A stretch of 64,000 nt of DNA from an uncultured Chloroflexia bacterium (GTDB taxonomy: Bacteria; Chloroflexota; Limnocylindria; Limnocylindrales; CSP1-4), in contig CAVQIZ010000002.1 in NCBI GenBank assembly GCA_963712735.1, forward strand, positions 588,387-652,386, read 5' to 3'. The notes under the pieces were generated by a model. That model made no database searches, had not been told where the DNA came from, and saw only the letters and a program-made list of their open reading frames with translations. Within the stretch, counting starts at the first letter, position 1, and every line of letters starts with the position of its first letter. Below, one piece after another: positions 1 to 9,200 of this stretch. Position numbers and translations under genes: made by a program.

Positions 1-240
1 GGCGAGTCCGGTCGCCAGCGGGCGGCGCAGTTCAGCTGGGAGAACATCACCGCCAAGGTGGAGGAGTACTACGGCTTCGTCATCCGCCGCCTGGCGGCAG
101 CCGATCAGCTTCCCCCTGGCTTCTCGGCGGAGATCCCCGAGGCCCCCCAGCGTGCTCCCGTGCTCTGGTCCGCGACGGCCGACGAGGGCGTGCCTGCTGG
201 CGAAGGTAGCGTGCACCAGGGCGCGGCACGAGCCGAGTAG
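1..240 (+). CDS. Glycosyltransferase, C-terminal fragment (GT-B/GT4-like), truncated by window edge
   Basis: Frame 1 is open from base 1 to TAG 238-240. GESGRQRAAQFSWENITAKVEEYYGFV resembles the conserved C-terminal FSW...YY tail of GT4-type enzymes. Only 79 codons are visible. Confidence 0.45.
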   Translation, partial: GESGRQRAAQFSWENITAKVEEYYGFVIRRLAAADQLPPGFSAEIPEAPQRAPVLWSATADEGVPAGEGSVHQGAARAE

Positions 241-291
241 CCGGCCAGGGGGTCCTCGGCGGTCGGTCGGGGCCGAGGGCCAGGGTCGCGA

Positions 292-3200
292 TCAGCGGGC
301 AGGCGGCATCCGCGCTGGCGCTGCTGCTGCACGGTCGCCCGGGCTGGCCGGGCGGCCCCACGAGCGTGCCACGGCCGCCACGGCACCGACGACGATCAGG
401 GTCAGAGCGCCGATCTGGACGGTGACCACGTCGACCAGCCCGCCCTCGCCGGCGACGTCGGTGTTGACGGCGAACTGGAAGTCCCAGTTCCAGGTGGGCA
501 ACAGGCCCTGGTAGATGGACGCGAGATCGGAGGGCAGCGGCAGGCCAGAAAGGTTCGGATACCAGACCGCCAGCCACACGAGCGCCGCCGCCAGGACGCC
601 CAGGACGAAGCGCCTGGGGTCGCGCGCGCGCAAGGTCAGCCATGCCGGCACGGCCAGCACGGCCAGCGCCAGCAGGGCCAACAGGTCCGACGACAGGGCC
701 AGCGACGTGGTGGAGGCCGTGTCGAGGAGCAGCAGCGCCGCGAGGATGCCCGCGAGGGTGATGGCCGCCACCAGGGCCAGCGCGACGACCGGCAGATGGC
801 CAGCCTCCGCCGACCCACCGCCAGCGCGCACCGGGCGGGTCGCACGCCAGGCCAGGAAGGCGGCCACACCCGCTCCGACCGTCAGCACGACCAGGGCGGC
901 CAGGCCGCCCTCGCTCAGCTGCGCGGTCCGCGTGGCCTGTGAGGCACAGGCCACACCCGACGGGTTGGCGATAGCTGTGCCCGAGAGGATGCACAGCGGG
1001 GTGCGCAGGAGCCACAGGAGCGGGGCACCGATGATGGCGACGGCGGCCGTCGCGCGTGCCAGGAACCAAGTCCGTGCACCCGGACCGTGCCATAGCTCCG
1101 CGAGGAAGTAGGACAGCGCCAGCAGCATGAACGGCAGACTCGCGTACACGTGGTACTGGAACGCGGCCCGGTCGATGCGAGCCCAGGGAAGCCACATCGC
1201 GGCCCACATGATCACCACCATCGTCAGGGCCAGGCTGCGGCGGTGCCAGGCTGCCCAGGCGGAGAACGCCATACCGGCGATGCCCATCCAGAAGATGACC
1301 AGGTTGCCGCTGTCGTAGATGAGACCGGTGGCGCCACCGGCGTAGCGCTCCTGGAAGAACCACACCGGCTTGAGATCGAGTGGCCAGGCCCACCAGGGCG
1401 AGGAGGCTGCGTGCTCGGCACGCAGGTTGTCGTGGTACTGGTACATCGACTCGGTCAGGCCCAGCAGCGTCTGGCCACCATCAGTGGATGCCGGCAGGCC
1501 CGGTAGGCTGCCCAGGAGCGGCAGGCCCCAGTCGTTGCCCAGCTCCACCCACGGCGCGTAGGTCACGATGTAGATGAACAGGGGCACGATCGTCAGCGCG
1601 GCCAGCGTGATCAGCCACGGGATGATCTGGCGCGGACCAGGACGCAACCAGGGGCTGGTGCCGGGCACCGGCTGCGGCGCACCGGGCGCGAAGGGGCCGC
1701 GGCCCAGGCTGCTGGCGATCAACAGGACGGCCCCGATGGCCAGGCCGGCCGTGACCGTCAGCCCGCCGGCGAGCGGGCGCTGGACGAGCAGCAGCGCGCC
1801 ACCGGCCGCCAGCGGCATCGCCACCGCCAGCAGCGCCTCGGCCCTCGTCAGCGGGATGGGGCGACGGACGATGGCTGCGGTGAGCAGCGCTGTCAGCAGC
1901 ACCATCAGCAGCAGGAAGACCCAGTTGCGGGCGGGATCGTCCACGGGTCCACCGCGGATGGCCATGCCGCCAAGGACCGCCGTCAGGCCGATCATCCCCG
2001 TGAGCGCCACGAGGCGCCCCAGGCCCGAGCGGAACAGCACCAGCAGGCCCATGCCGCCGATGGCGTACATCGCCACCCACTTGGAGGCGAGCGCCAGCCC
2101 CAGGGCGACGCCGACGCCGAGCAGGATGAGCAGTGCCGTCCAGGCTCGGCGGTGCCCGAGGTACAAGGGCGCGAACAGCAGGACGGCCAGAACGACGAAG
2201 GTGGTCACATAGGCGTCATTCATCGCGATGCGTGAGTTGGCGAAGAGCATGCCTTCAGCAACGACCAGCACGGCCAAGATGAGTGCGACGCTTCGCCTGG
2301 CGAACAGCACCCGCGCCAGCAGGTAGAGCAGCATCGTCCCGAGGACGCCGACCAGCATGCCGGGCAGGCGCCAGCCGAAGGCGTTGCCGCCGATGCCGAT
2401 GGTCGTCAGGCCGCCCTCGGCGCTGATGGCCAGGAGCTCGGCGCGGTCTGCCTCGGGCCGATCCGGCAGGGTATCGGCCAACAGCTCGACCGGTTGGCTC
2501 GGAAGCGGCACGTCGGTGAAGACCGATTCGCCCTTGGGCTCGACGACGTAGACGGTGGGCCCGCCGGTGGGAGCGTCACCGAGGACGTGGACGAGCTCGG
2601 CAGAGGCATTCCAGGCCAGGCGCTCCACGGTTCCGGGCATCCAGACCGACCCGTCGCGGGTCGGGCCGTCGTCGGTAAGCCGGACCGATACGAGCTCGGC
2701 GCCGCTGGCAGCATAGAGCGTCGGCTCGCTGCTGTCGGGGTCAGCCAGTACCAGCCCGGTCACCGGCTCGTCGGTCGCGAACTCGGCGACCGGGTCCAGC
2801 GTCCAGGCGTCGAGCAGGGTGACACCAGCGGCATCAGCGATCGCCAGCAGTGGACCGCGCTCGAGCGTGGCACCCGGAAGCTCACCGCTGTCGATGGCCG
2901 CCTGCAACGCGTCCGCGGCGGCTCTCTCGAGGTAGGCTGCGGCAACGACGTAGCCGTCAGTCGCCAGCAGCTCCATCATGCGTTCGCGCTCGATGACATC
3001 GACATCAGCGAGGGTCTCGCCGGCGAGCGCGGTGACGATGGCGTCGGCGGCGGCGGCGCGGTCGTCCACGGCATTCGTCTCGACGAGCAGGCGCTCGGCC
3101 CATGGCAGCTCGACCACATCGGTGACCGCCACGGCGAACCGCTCGGACAGCGCTGCGCCGGTCTCGGTATCGAAGGTGGCGACAGCGCCACGCGTGATGG

Positions 3201-5427
3201 CCACGACCGAGGTGTCGGTGACCAGGAGGTGGTCGACCGGGGCGCCGGGACCGTCGGAGAAGCGCTCCACGGATGGCACGCCCTCGCCGTCGCCGTGGCG
3301 CAGAGCATCGAGGTCGGTGGTGTCGAGCCGATACAGGCTGCCCCTGGCGTCGGCCATGACGAGCGTCCGGTCCTCGGCGTCCAGGGCCAGCCTGGTGGCG
3401 GCCAGCGGCAGCTCCGCGAGCAGCTCATCTGTCGCGAGGTCGTAGACACGCACGCTCTCACCAGTCGCGACGTAGAGGCGGTCGCCGTTGCGCTGCCCGC
3501 CGTCGTGACCCGGCGACCAGCGTGGTTCCAGTACCGCGTCCGAGACCGGCACGCCCAGCTCGGCGCTGCCGGTGATCTCGTTACCGCCGGCGAGACGGAT
3601 GCCCCAGGCCATGGCGTACTTGGCCAGGTGGGGGTGTGTGAACTCGTAGATGTCGTGCGGCTCGCCGTATTCCCAGTGCTGCAGGAACTCGGTCGCGGTG
3701 CGCGCGTGGTAGACCTCGTCGAAGTACATGTGCGTCGGCTGCTCGAGCCGGGCGCCGCGGACGAGGAGTGTCACCGCCACCAGCGCGATCAGCACGAGCA
3801 CGTCCTTGCGGTCCAGGCGGCCGCCCGGCTCGGTCGCCAGGACCGCGCTGCGGTCGCGACGCAGGGAGCCCCAGGTAAGGCGTGCCACGAGGCGGTCCAG
3901 GCGGGCAGGTCCGGCCGCGCTGCGGGCCGCTTGCGCAGCCCTGAGCGGCACGGCGGGCGGGGCGGGCACACCCGCTGCCCCAGCGAGCGGTGCGGTCGTC
4001 GTTGGAGCCTCCGAACCGGCCTGCTGGTCGAAGCCGTCGGGGCTGGTGCGGAGGGACGGTCGCAGCTGCCAGGCTATCCACAGGCCCACGCTCGTCTGCA
4101 GCAGCGCCGAGAGCGCGATGACTGGCCCGCTGCGGAACAGCTCACCCGCCGGCAGGGTCTCGACGTTGGGGCTGCCGTACAACGGCAGCGTGAGGACGCC
4201 GTGGAGGTTGATGAAGGCGCCGACCGACAGCAACAGCAGCGCCACGGCCCAGCGACGCTGCACGACCGCCAGTAGCGGCATCAACGCGACCACCGGGAAG
4301 ATGTAGCGCTCGTGGACACGGGTGGGCAGGATGAAGAACGCCGCCGCCAGAAGCGTCGCCGCCACGATGAGCGTCCAGCGGTCGTCCCGGACCGCGGCAC
4401 GCACGCTGCCCCACAGGAAGCCACCGACCAGCAGGGCGGCGCCCACCGCCACGCCCGGGATGGGTCCCAGCAGCGGCAACGTGTCCTCGACCCAGTTGAA
4501 CGCCTCGGCCAGCGATGGTGCACCGGCCACGCCCAGCAGCGCCCACATGTTGTAGGCGTTGACGGTGAGGTAGCCGTACTGGCCGGCCGTGCCGAACATG
4601 CGCTCGAGGTACTCCAGCGGCCCCATCCCGAAGGGCAGCGCCACCATGAGGAACGCGACCCAGGCGGCCGCGAACGCCGTCAGCAGCCTGGGCCAACCCT
4701 GCTGCCGGGCGAGCCACGCCGCGAGCGCGGCGGGCGCCCAGGGTCGCCGCCGTGGCCCCGAACCGGGACGCACCAGGTGCCGTTTCAGCAACACGAAGAG
4801 GACCAGCGGGATGAGCACGACACCGAACTGCGGCTTGACCAGCGCGGCGGTCGCAGCGAGGGCGGCAGCACCCTCGCTGTTGCCACGGATGAGCGCGGCG
4901 ACACCCAGCAGCACCACCAGGGCGCCGGCGGCGTCGGTCTGGCCCCAGAGCGCCGAGTCGTAGAAGGAGACGGGGTTGAAGAGATAGAGCGCCGCTGCGG
5001 CCAGCGCCAGCGTCTCACTGCGCCCCCCTGGCCACGTCCAGCCTCGTACCAGACGGTAGATGAGGTAGCCCACCCCGATGTCCAGCACCATCGGTGGCAG
5101 CTTGATCAGGTCGCCGGCACCACCGGCCGGGACCAGAGCGCCCACCAGCCACAGCAGGTACAGGTAGGCCGGCGGGTAGTCGCTGAAGCCGGCGTTGGCG
5201 TAGAAGCCCGCCGGGCCATGCTCTGCCATGGTGGCAGCCCAGGAGGCGTACAGCCCGACGTCGGATTCGAAGCCAGAGGCCGGAAACAGCACGTATGCGA
5301 TAGTTAGCCGCAGTGCCAATCCAGCCAGCAGAAGAACGACGAGGGCGGGGCTCAGGGCGAGTACACCAAGGGGTCGGACCGGCTCACGGGGACGACGGTC
5401 GACCCCTTGCGCAAGGGTCGTTGTCAC
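292..5427 (-). CDS. Giant 1711-aa polytopic membrane protein: two GT-C glycosyltransferase modules fused (N-terminal ArnT/PMT_2-like plus C-terminal PMT/GT39-like with a ~400-aa loop insert)
   Basis: Uninterrupted ORF with GTG start at 5427 and many hydrophobic helices. YFDEVYHARTATEF...HPHLAKYAMAWG (about aa 565-610, DNA ~3600-3730) matches the DE-motif first loop of PMT-type mannosyltransferases. N-terminal FESDVGLYASW...DYPPAYLYLLW looks like a second, independent GT-C first loop. Confidence 0.8.
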   Translation of the reverse strand: MTTTLAQGVDRRPREPVRPLGVLALSPALVVLLLAGLALRLTIAYVLFPASGFESDVGLYASWAATMAEHGPAGFYANAGFSDYPPAYLYLLWLVGALVPAGGAGDLIKLPPMVLDIGVGYLIYRLVRGWTWPGGRSETLALAAAALYLFNPVSFYDSALWGQTDAAGALVVLLGVAALIRGNSEGAAALAATAALVKPQFGVVLIPLVLFVLLKRHLVRPGSGPRRRPWAPAALAAWLARQQGWPRLLTAFAAAWVAFLMVALPFGMGPLEYLERMFGTAGQYGYLTVNAYNMWALLGVAGAPSLAEAFNWVEDTLPLLGPIPGVAVGAALLVGGFLWGSVRAAVRDDRWTLIVAATLLAAAFFILPTRVHERYIFPVVALMPLLAVVQRRWAVALLLLSVGAFINLHGVLTLPLYGSPNVETLPAGELFRSGPVIALSALLQTSVGLWIAWQLRPSLRTSPDGFDQQAGSEAPTTTAPLAGAAGVPAPPAVPLRAAQAARSAAGPARLDRLVARLTWGSLRRDRSAVLATEPGGRLDRKDVLVLIALVAVTLLVRGARLEQPTHMYFDEVYHARTATEFLQHWEYGEPHDIYEFTHPHLAKYAMAWGIRLAGGNEITGSAELGVPVSDAVLEPRWSPGHDGGQRNGDRLYVATGESVRVYDLATDELLAELPLAATRLALDAEDRTLVMADARGSLYRLDTTDLDALRHGDGEGVPSVERFSDGPGAPVDHLLVTDTSVVAITRGAVATFDTETGAALSERFAVAVTDVVELPWAERLLVETNAVDDRAAAADAIVTALAGETLADVDVIERERMMELLATDGYVVAAAYLERAAADALQAAIDSGELPGATLERGPLLAIADAAGVTLLDAWTLDPVAEFATDEPVTGLVLADPDSSEPTLYAASGAELVSVRLTDDGPTRDGSVWMPGTVERLAWNASAELVHVLGDAPTGGPTVYVVEPKGESVFTDVPLPSQPVELLADTLPDRPEADRAELLAISAEGGLTTIGIGGNAFGWRLPGMLVGVLGTMLLYLLARVLFARRSVALILAVLVVAEGMLFANSRIAMNDAYVTTFVVLAVLLFAPLYLGHRRAWTALLILLGVGVALGLALASKWVAMYAIGGMGLLVLFRSGLGRLVALTGMIGLTAVLGGMAIRGGPVDDPARNWVFLLLMVLLTALLTAAIVRRPIPLTRAEALLAVAMPLAAGGALLLVQRPLAGGLTVTAGLAIGAVLLIASSLGRGPFAPGAPQPVPGTSPWLRPGPRQIIPWLITLAALTIVPLFIYIVTYAPWVELGNDWGLPLLGSLPGLPASTDGGQTLLGLTESMYQYHDNLRAEHAASSPWWAWPLDLKPVWFFQERYAGGATGLIYDSGNLVIFWMGIAGMAFSAWAAWHRRSLALTMVVIMWAAMWLPWARIDRAAFQYHVYASLPFMLLALSYFLAELWHGPGARTWFLARATAAVAIIGAPLLWLLRTPLCILSGTAIANPSGVACASQATRTAQLSEGGLAALVVLTVGAGVAAFLAWRATRPVRAGGGSAEAGHLPVVALALVAAITLAGILAALLLLDTASTTSLALSSDLLALLALAVLAVPAWLTLRARDPRRFVLGVLAAALVWLAVWYPNLSGLPLPSDLASIYQGLLPTWNWDFQFAVNTDVAGEGGLVDVVTVQIGALTLIVVGAVAAVARSWGRPASPGDRAAAAPARMPPAR

Positions 5428-5460
5428 CGGTGACGACCTGCCTCCTGGGAACGCGTTGAG

Positions 5461-6822
5461 GTGAGCGCGAGTATATCAACGGGTCCACAGGCCGCCCCCG
5501 ACGCTAGCGTGGACGGCGCTCCAGCAGGGTGGCTGGAGGATGCGCTGCAGCGGATCCACCCCGCCTGGGTCGCACTCGGGCTGCTGCTGCTGGCAGCGGT
5601 CGTGTACTTCAGCTCCAACCCGGGGCGAAGCGATTTCTACGACCACTTCGTGTGGCAGGCGGACGCGTTCCTGCAAGGACGGGCGGAGATCAGCTACCCG
5701 GTGAGCGAGGGCGCCTACCGCAACGACTACTTCCAGGACGTGCTGCCGGTGGCGCCCGGGAGGGCGCAGATCCCGTTCCCGCCGCTGCCGGCGATCGTGC
5801 TGTTGCCGTTCGTGGCCATCTGGGGCCTGGGAACGAATGGTGCTGCGGTGGCCGCCGGCCTGGGCGCGGTCAACGTGGCCCTCTGCTGGTGGATGTTGCT
5901 GGGGGTCACGCCCCGCCGCTCGGCGGCGCTACTGGGCACCCTGTTCTACGGGTTCGGCACCGTGGCCTGGTATGCGGCCATGCTGGGTACGACCTGGTTC
6001 CTGGCCCACGTGGTGGCATCGACCTTTCTCTTCATCGCCATCGCCGGCGCCGTCCGCGCCGATGGTGCTCGCGACGCGATGGGTCGCCAGCTCGGTGCCG
6101 GCATCGCCTTCGGCCTCGCCGCGACGGCGCGACTGACGACGATATTCGGGGCGCCCTTCTTCGTCTTCGTCGGTGGCGGGGGCTCGTGGCTGCGCCGCGC
6201 GGTCGCGGCCGGCGCCGGCGCGCTCATCCCGGTGCTCCTGCTGCTGGCCTACAACCTGGTCACGACCGGTGCCCTGCTTCACCCTGCCTACGATCATCTC
6301 TACGAGGTCGAATACCGGCCCCGCCCGGAGCTGGTGAACCCCGATTGGGCCATCGAGGATCCGCGCTACATCCCGCAGAATGCCGCGATCATGCTGGCCC
6401 AGCTGCCGCTGACCCCGCTGCTGGACGACCCGGCGTGCACCGGGGAGGCCGTGACACTCGCATCGCTGCTCGACCCCGCGTGCCCGTTGCTGCGACCTGA
6501 CCCCATCGGCATGAGCATATTGCTCACCAGCCCCGGCTACCTGCTGCTGATTCCCGTGCTGTGGCGTGACTGGCGCCGGCGCATCGTGGCCGGCGCGGCC
6601 CTGGCCGTGCTCTCGATCGCGCTCATCGACCTGATGCACTTCAGCCAGGGCTGGGTCCAGTTCGGCTACCGCTTCAGCAACGACTTCGCACCCTTCGCCA
6701 CGGTGCTGGTGGCTCTTGGCATCGCGCGGGTCGGTATCGGCGCGATATCGCTGGGCCTGGTGGCGGCGTCGATCGCCGTCAACGCATGGGGTGTCTACTG
6801 GGGCGTCAGCCTGGGGTGGTGA
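5461..6822 (+). CDS. Polytopic membrane glycosyltransferase, GT-C fold (ArnT/GT39-like), family uncertain
   Basis: 453-aa ORF with GTG start and more than 10 hydrophobic segments. Divergent from the giant GT-C gene and followed by two more glycosylation genes. Function assigned from architecture and context only. Confidence 0.6.
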   Translation: MSASISTGPQAAPDASVDGAPAGWLEDALQRIHPAWVALGLLLLAAVVYFSSNPGRSDFYDHFVWQADAFLQGRAEISYPVSEGAYRNDYFQDVLPVAPGRAQIPFPPLPAIVLLPFVAIWGLGTNGAAVAAGLGAVNVALCWWMLLGVTPRRSAALLGTLFYGFGTVAWYAAMLGTTWFLAHVVASTFLFIAIAGAVRADGARDAMGRQLGAGIAFGLAATARLTTIFGAPFFVFVGGGGSWLRRAVAAGAGALIPVLLLLAYNLVTTGALLHPAYDHLYEVEYRPRPELVNPDWAIEDPRYIPQNAAIMLAQLPLTPLLDDPACTGEAVTLASLLDPACPLLRPDPIGMSILLTSPGYLLLIPVLWRDWRRRIVAGAALAVLSIALIDLMHFSQGWVQFGYRFSNDFAPFATVLVALGIARVGIGAISLGLVAASIAVNAWGVYWGVSLGW

Positions 6823-8339
6823 GCACGACGGCGACGAAGGAGCCCCGGGCATCCGACTACGCCCTGGCGTCGGTCCCGGTCTTCGCCGTGGCGCTGATCC
6901 TCTACGCTCGCACCCTGCTGCCCGACGTCGGGCTGTGGGACACGGCCGAGTTCCAGACCATCGGCAGCGTGCTGGGCATCGCCCACCCGACCGGCTATCC
7001 CACGTACACGCTGCTCGCCTGGCTGGCCTCGGTCCTGCTGGCACCCTTCGGCAACGAGGCCTATCGCGCCGATCTGCTCTCAGCGCTGTTGATGGCCGCC
7101 GCAGCGGCCCTGCTGGCCGTCCGCGTCGTGCAGGCCAGCCACAGGTGGGCCATCGGCCTGCTCAGCGGCATCGCCTTCGCCACGGGACCCGTGGCCTGGC
7201 ACTGGGGCCAGCGCGCCGACCCACACGCGCTCCACGTATTCTTCGCGGCGCTGCTGCTCGTGCTTCTCGGCACCTGGGCCGCGAGACGCGAGCGCGGGCC
7301 ACGGGGCGATGCCTGGCTGCTGGCCGCCGCGGTCGCCTACGGGCTGTCGCTGGGCAATCACGCACTCACGCTCTTGCTGGCGCCCGGTATCGGCGCCTAC
7401 GTCCTGATGGTCGAACCTCGCATCTTGTGGCGCCGGTGGCGCCTGGTGCTGGCGGCGGCCGCGGCCCTTGCAGCCAGCGCAGCCCTGGTCTACCTGTACC
7501 TGCCGCTGCGTTCCGCCATGGACCCGCCTCTCGACTACGCCGATCCGGAGAGCTGGAGCGCGTTCTGGTACGTCGTGCTGGGCGAGCAGTTCCAGGGCAC
7601 CTTCGGCCCGTTGCCGCCGACGCTCGAGGTGCTGTCGGGCGTCGGCGACGAGCTGGTGCGTAACCTGGGCCTGTTGATGGTGCTTGCCATCGGCGGCATC
7701 GTGGCGGGCCTCCTGCGCCACCCGCGCCTGACCGTCATGACGCTGCTGTGGTTCGGCTGCACCTGGCTGTTCGCCATCGGCTATCCCAACGCCAACATCG
7801 AGCGCTACTACCTGGTGCCGCTGCTGGTGTCGGCCCTCTGGGTGGGGCTGGCGGTCGATGCGGCCTGGGACATGCTGCGCGAGGCCATCGGGCCCGCTCG
7901 CTCGCGCCGCCTGACGCGGGTGGCGCCGTGGGCGCTGGTCGTGGTCCTGCTGCTGGTGGCCGTCGTCCCAGCCCTCGGTCGCTACGCAGACCTGGATGCG
8001 TCGGCCGACACCCGCGGCCGCGCGGTCCTCGAGGCCACCTTCGACGCCCTCCCGCCGGACGCGGTGGTGTTGTCGTGGTGGTCGTACTCGACGACGCTGT
8101 GGTACGGGCGCTGGGTGGAGGGCAGGCGCTCCGATGTCACCATCCTCGATGATCGCGACATCCTCGACGATGGCTTCGGCCGCGTGGAGGCGGCCATCGA
8201 CCACTATCTCGGTGAGCGGCCGGTGTACCTCATCCGGCTCGAGCGGGACCTGGCAGCGCTAGAGGCGCGCTACGAGCTGGAGAGCGTGCCGGACATGCCG
8301 CTCGACCTGCGGCAGGTGGTGGGGCGCAAGGCCGAGTGA
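6786..8339 (+). CDS. DUF2723 (TMEM260-like) GT-C membrane glycosyltransferase
   Basis: LYARTLLPDVGLWDTAEFQTIGSVLGIAHPTGYPTYTLL matches the D(S/T)(G/A)EF...LGI.HP.GYP signature of DUF2723. Polytopic N-terminus with a soluble C-terminal domain. The start may instead be GTG 6816 or 6819 (GTGA overlap with the upstream stop at 6820-6822). Confidence 0.75.
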   Translation: MGCLLGRQPGVVSTTATKEPRASDYALASVPVFAVALILYARTLLPDVGLWDTAEFQTIGSVLGIAHPTGYPTYTLLAWLASVLLAPFGNEAYRADLLSALLMAAAAALLAVRVVQASHRWAIGLLSGIAFATGPVAWHWGQRADPHALHVFFAALLLVLLGTWAARRERGPRGDAWLLAAAVAYGLSLGNHALTLLLAPGIGAYVLMVEPRILWRRWRLVLAAAAALAASAALVYLYLPLRSAMDPPLDYADPESWSAFWYVVLGEQFQGTFGPLPPTLEVLSGVGDELVRNLGLLMVLAIGGIVAGLLRHPRLTVMTLLWFGCTWLFAIGYPNANIERYYLVPLLVSALWVGLAVDAAWDMLREAIGPARSRRLTRVAPWALVVVLLLVAVVPALGRYADLDASADTRGRAVLEATFDALPPDAVVLSWWSYSTTLWYGRWVEGRRSDVTILDDRDILDDGFGRVEAAIDHYLGERPVYLIRLERDLAALEARYELESVPDMPLDLRQVVGRKAE

Positions 8340-8363
8340 GGCGCGTAGCCCTAGGATGGGCAG

Positions 8364-9200
8364 GTGCCCGCACCATCCACCTCGCCAGCTGACACGATCG
8401 CCCAGCCCGTGGAGGCGCTGAGCTACTTCTTCCCCGCTCGCGACGAGGCCGCCAACATCGAGGCTCTCGTGGCCGAGGCGCTCGACGAGCTGGGGCGCCT
8501 CGCGCAACGCTTCGAGATCATCGCCGTCGACGACGGCAGCACCGACGGCACCGCCGAGATCGCCGACCGCCTGGCCCAGGAGTACCCCGGTGTCGTTCGC
8601 GTGGTGCATCACCGCTCGAACCTGGGCTACGGCGCCGCGGTGCGCTCGGGCCTTGCGGCCACCCGCTACCCGCTGGTCTGCTTCACCGACGGCGACCGTC
8701 AGTTCCGCATCGCCGATCTTGGGCGGCTGCTTCGCCGGCTCGACGAGACGGACGCGCAGGCCCGGCTCCCCGACGTCGTTGCCGGTTATCGCATCAAGCG
8801 CGCAGACCCGGCCATCCGCCTGGCCTATGCGCGGGTCTACCGGGCCACGCTCCGGCTGTTCTTCGGCCTGCGCGTACGTGACCCCGATTGCGCCTGCAAG
8901 CTCTTCCGGCGCGAGACGCTCGAGGGAGTGCGCGTCGAGTCGGGTGGCGCCTTCCTGTCCGCCGAGCTGCTCATCAAGATCGGCGAGCGCGGCGGCGTCA
9001 TCGTCGAAGAGGGCGTGCCGCACTACCCCCGCACCGCGGGCAAGGCATCGGGCGCAGATCCGCGAGTGGTGCTGCGCGCCGTCAAGGACTTCTGGTCGCT
9101 GCGCCTGCGGCTGTGGCTCGACCGTGGCGCAGCGTTACGGCGTGGTCAGCCCATCCTGGAGCCCGCAGACGCCACGCGGCCCGTGCCCGGTCAGGACTAG
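8364..9200 (+). CDS. GT2 polyprenyl-phosphate sugar synthase (DPM1/Ppm1/GtrB-like)
   Basis: SYFFPARDEAANI...EIIAVDDGSTDGT...FTDGDRQF...CACKLFRRE are typical GT-A/GT2 DxD and acceptor-loop motifs of dolichyl/polyprenyl-phosphate glycosyltransferases. Confidence 0.8.
   Translation: MPAPSTSPADTIAQPVEALSYFFPARDEAANIEALVAEALDELGRLAQRFEIIAVDDGSTDGTAEIADRLAQEYPGVVRVVHHRSNLGYGAAVRSGLAATRYPLVCFTDGDRQFRIADLGRLLRRLDETDAQARLPDVVAGYRIKRADPAIRLAYARVYRATLRLFFGLRVRDPDCACKLFRRETLEGVRVESGGAFLSAELLIKIGERGGVIVEEGVPHYPRTAGKASGADPRVVLRAVKDFWSLRLRLWLDRGAALRRGQPILEPADATRPVPGQD

Noticed and set aside
80-1393. Long Arg/Pro/Gly/Ala-rich ORFs antisense or out of frame to real genes. Examples: 80-1393 (minus), 2494-4275 (plus), 28586-30751 (minus), 41198-43624 (minus), 57095-58648 (minus), 61105-62592 (minus).
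   Set aside because: These are typical shadow ORFs of ~70% G+C DNA, where stop codons are rare in all frames. Their composition is low-complexity R/P/G/A/H. Each lies entirely within a gene on the other strand or frame that has clear conserved motifs.
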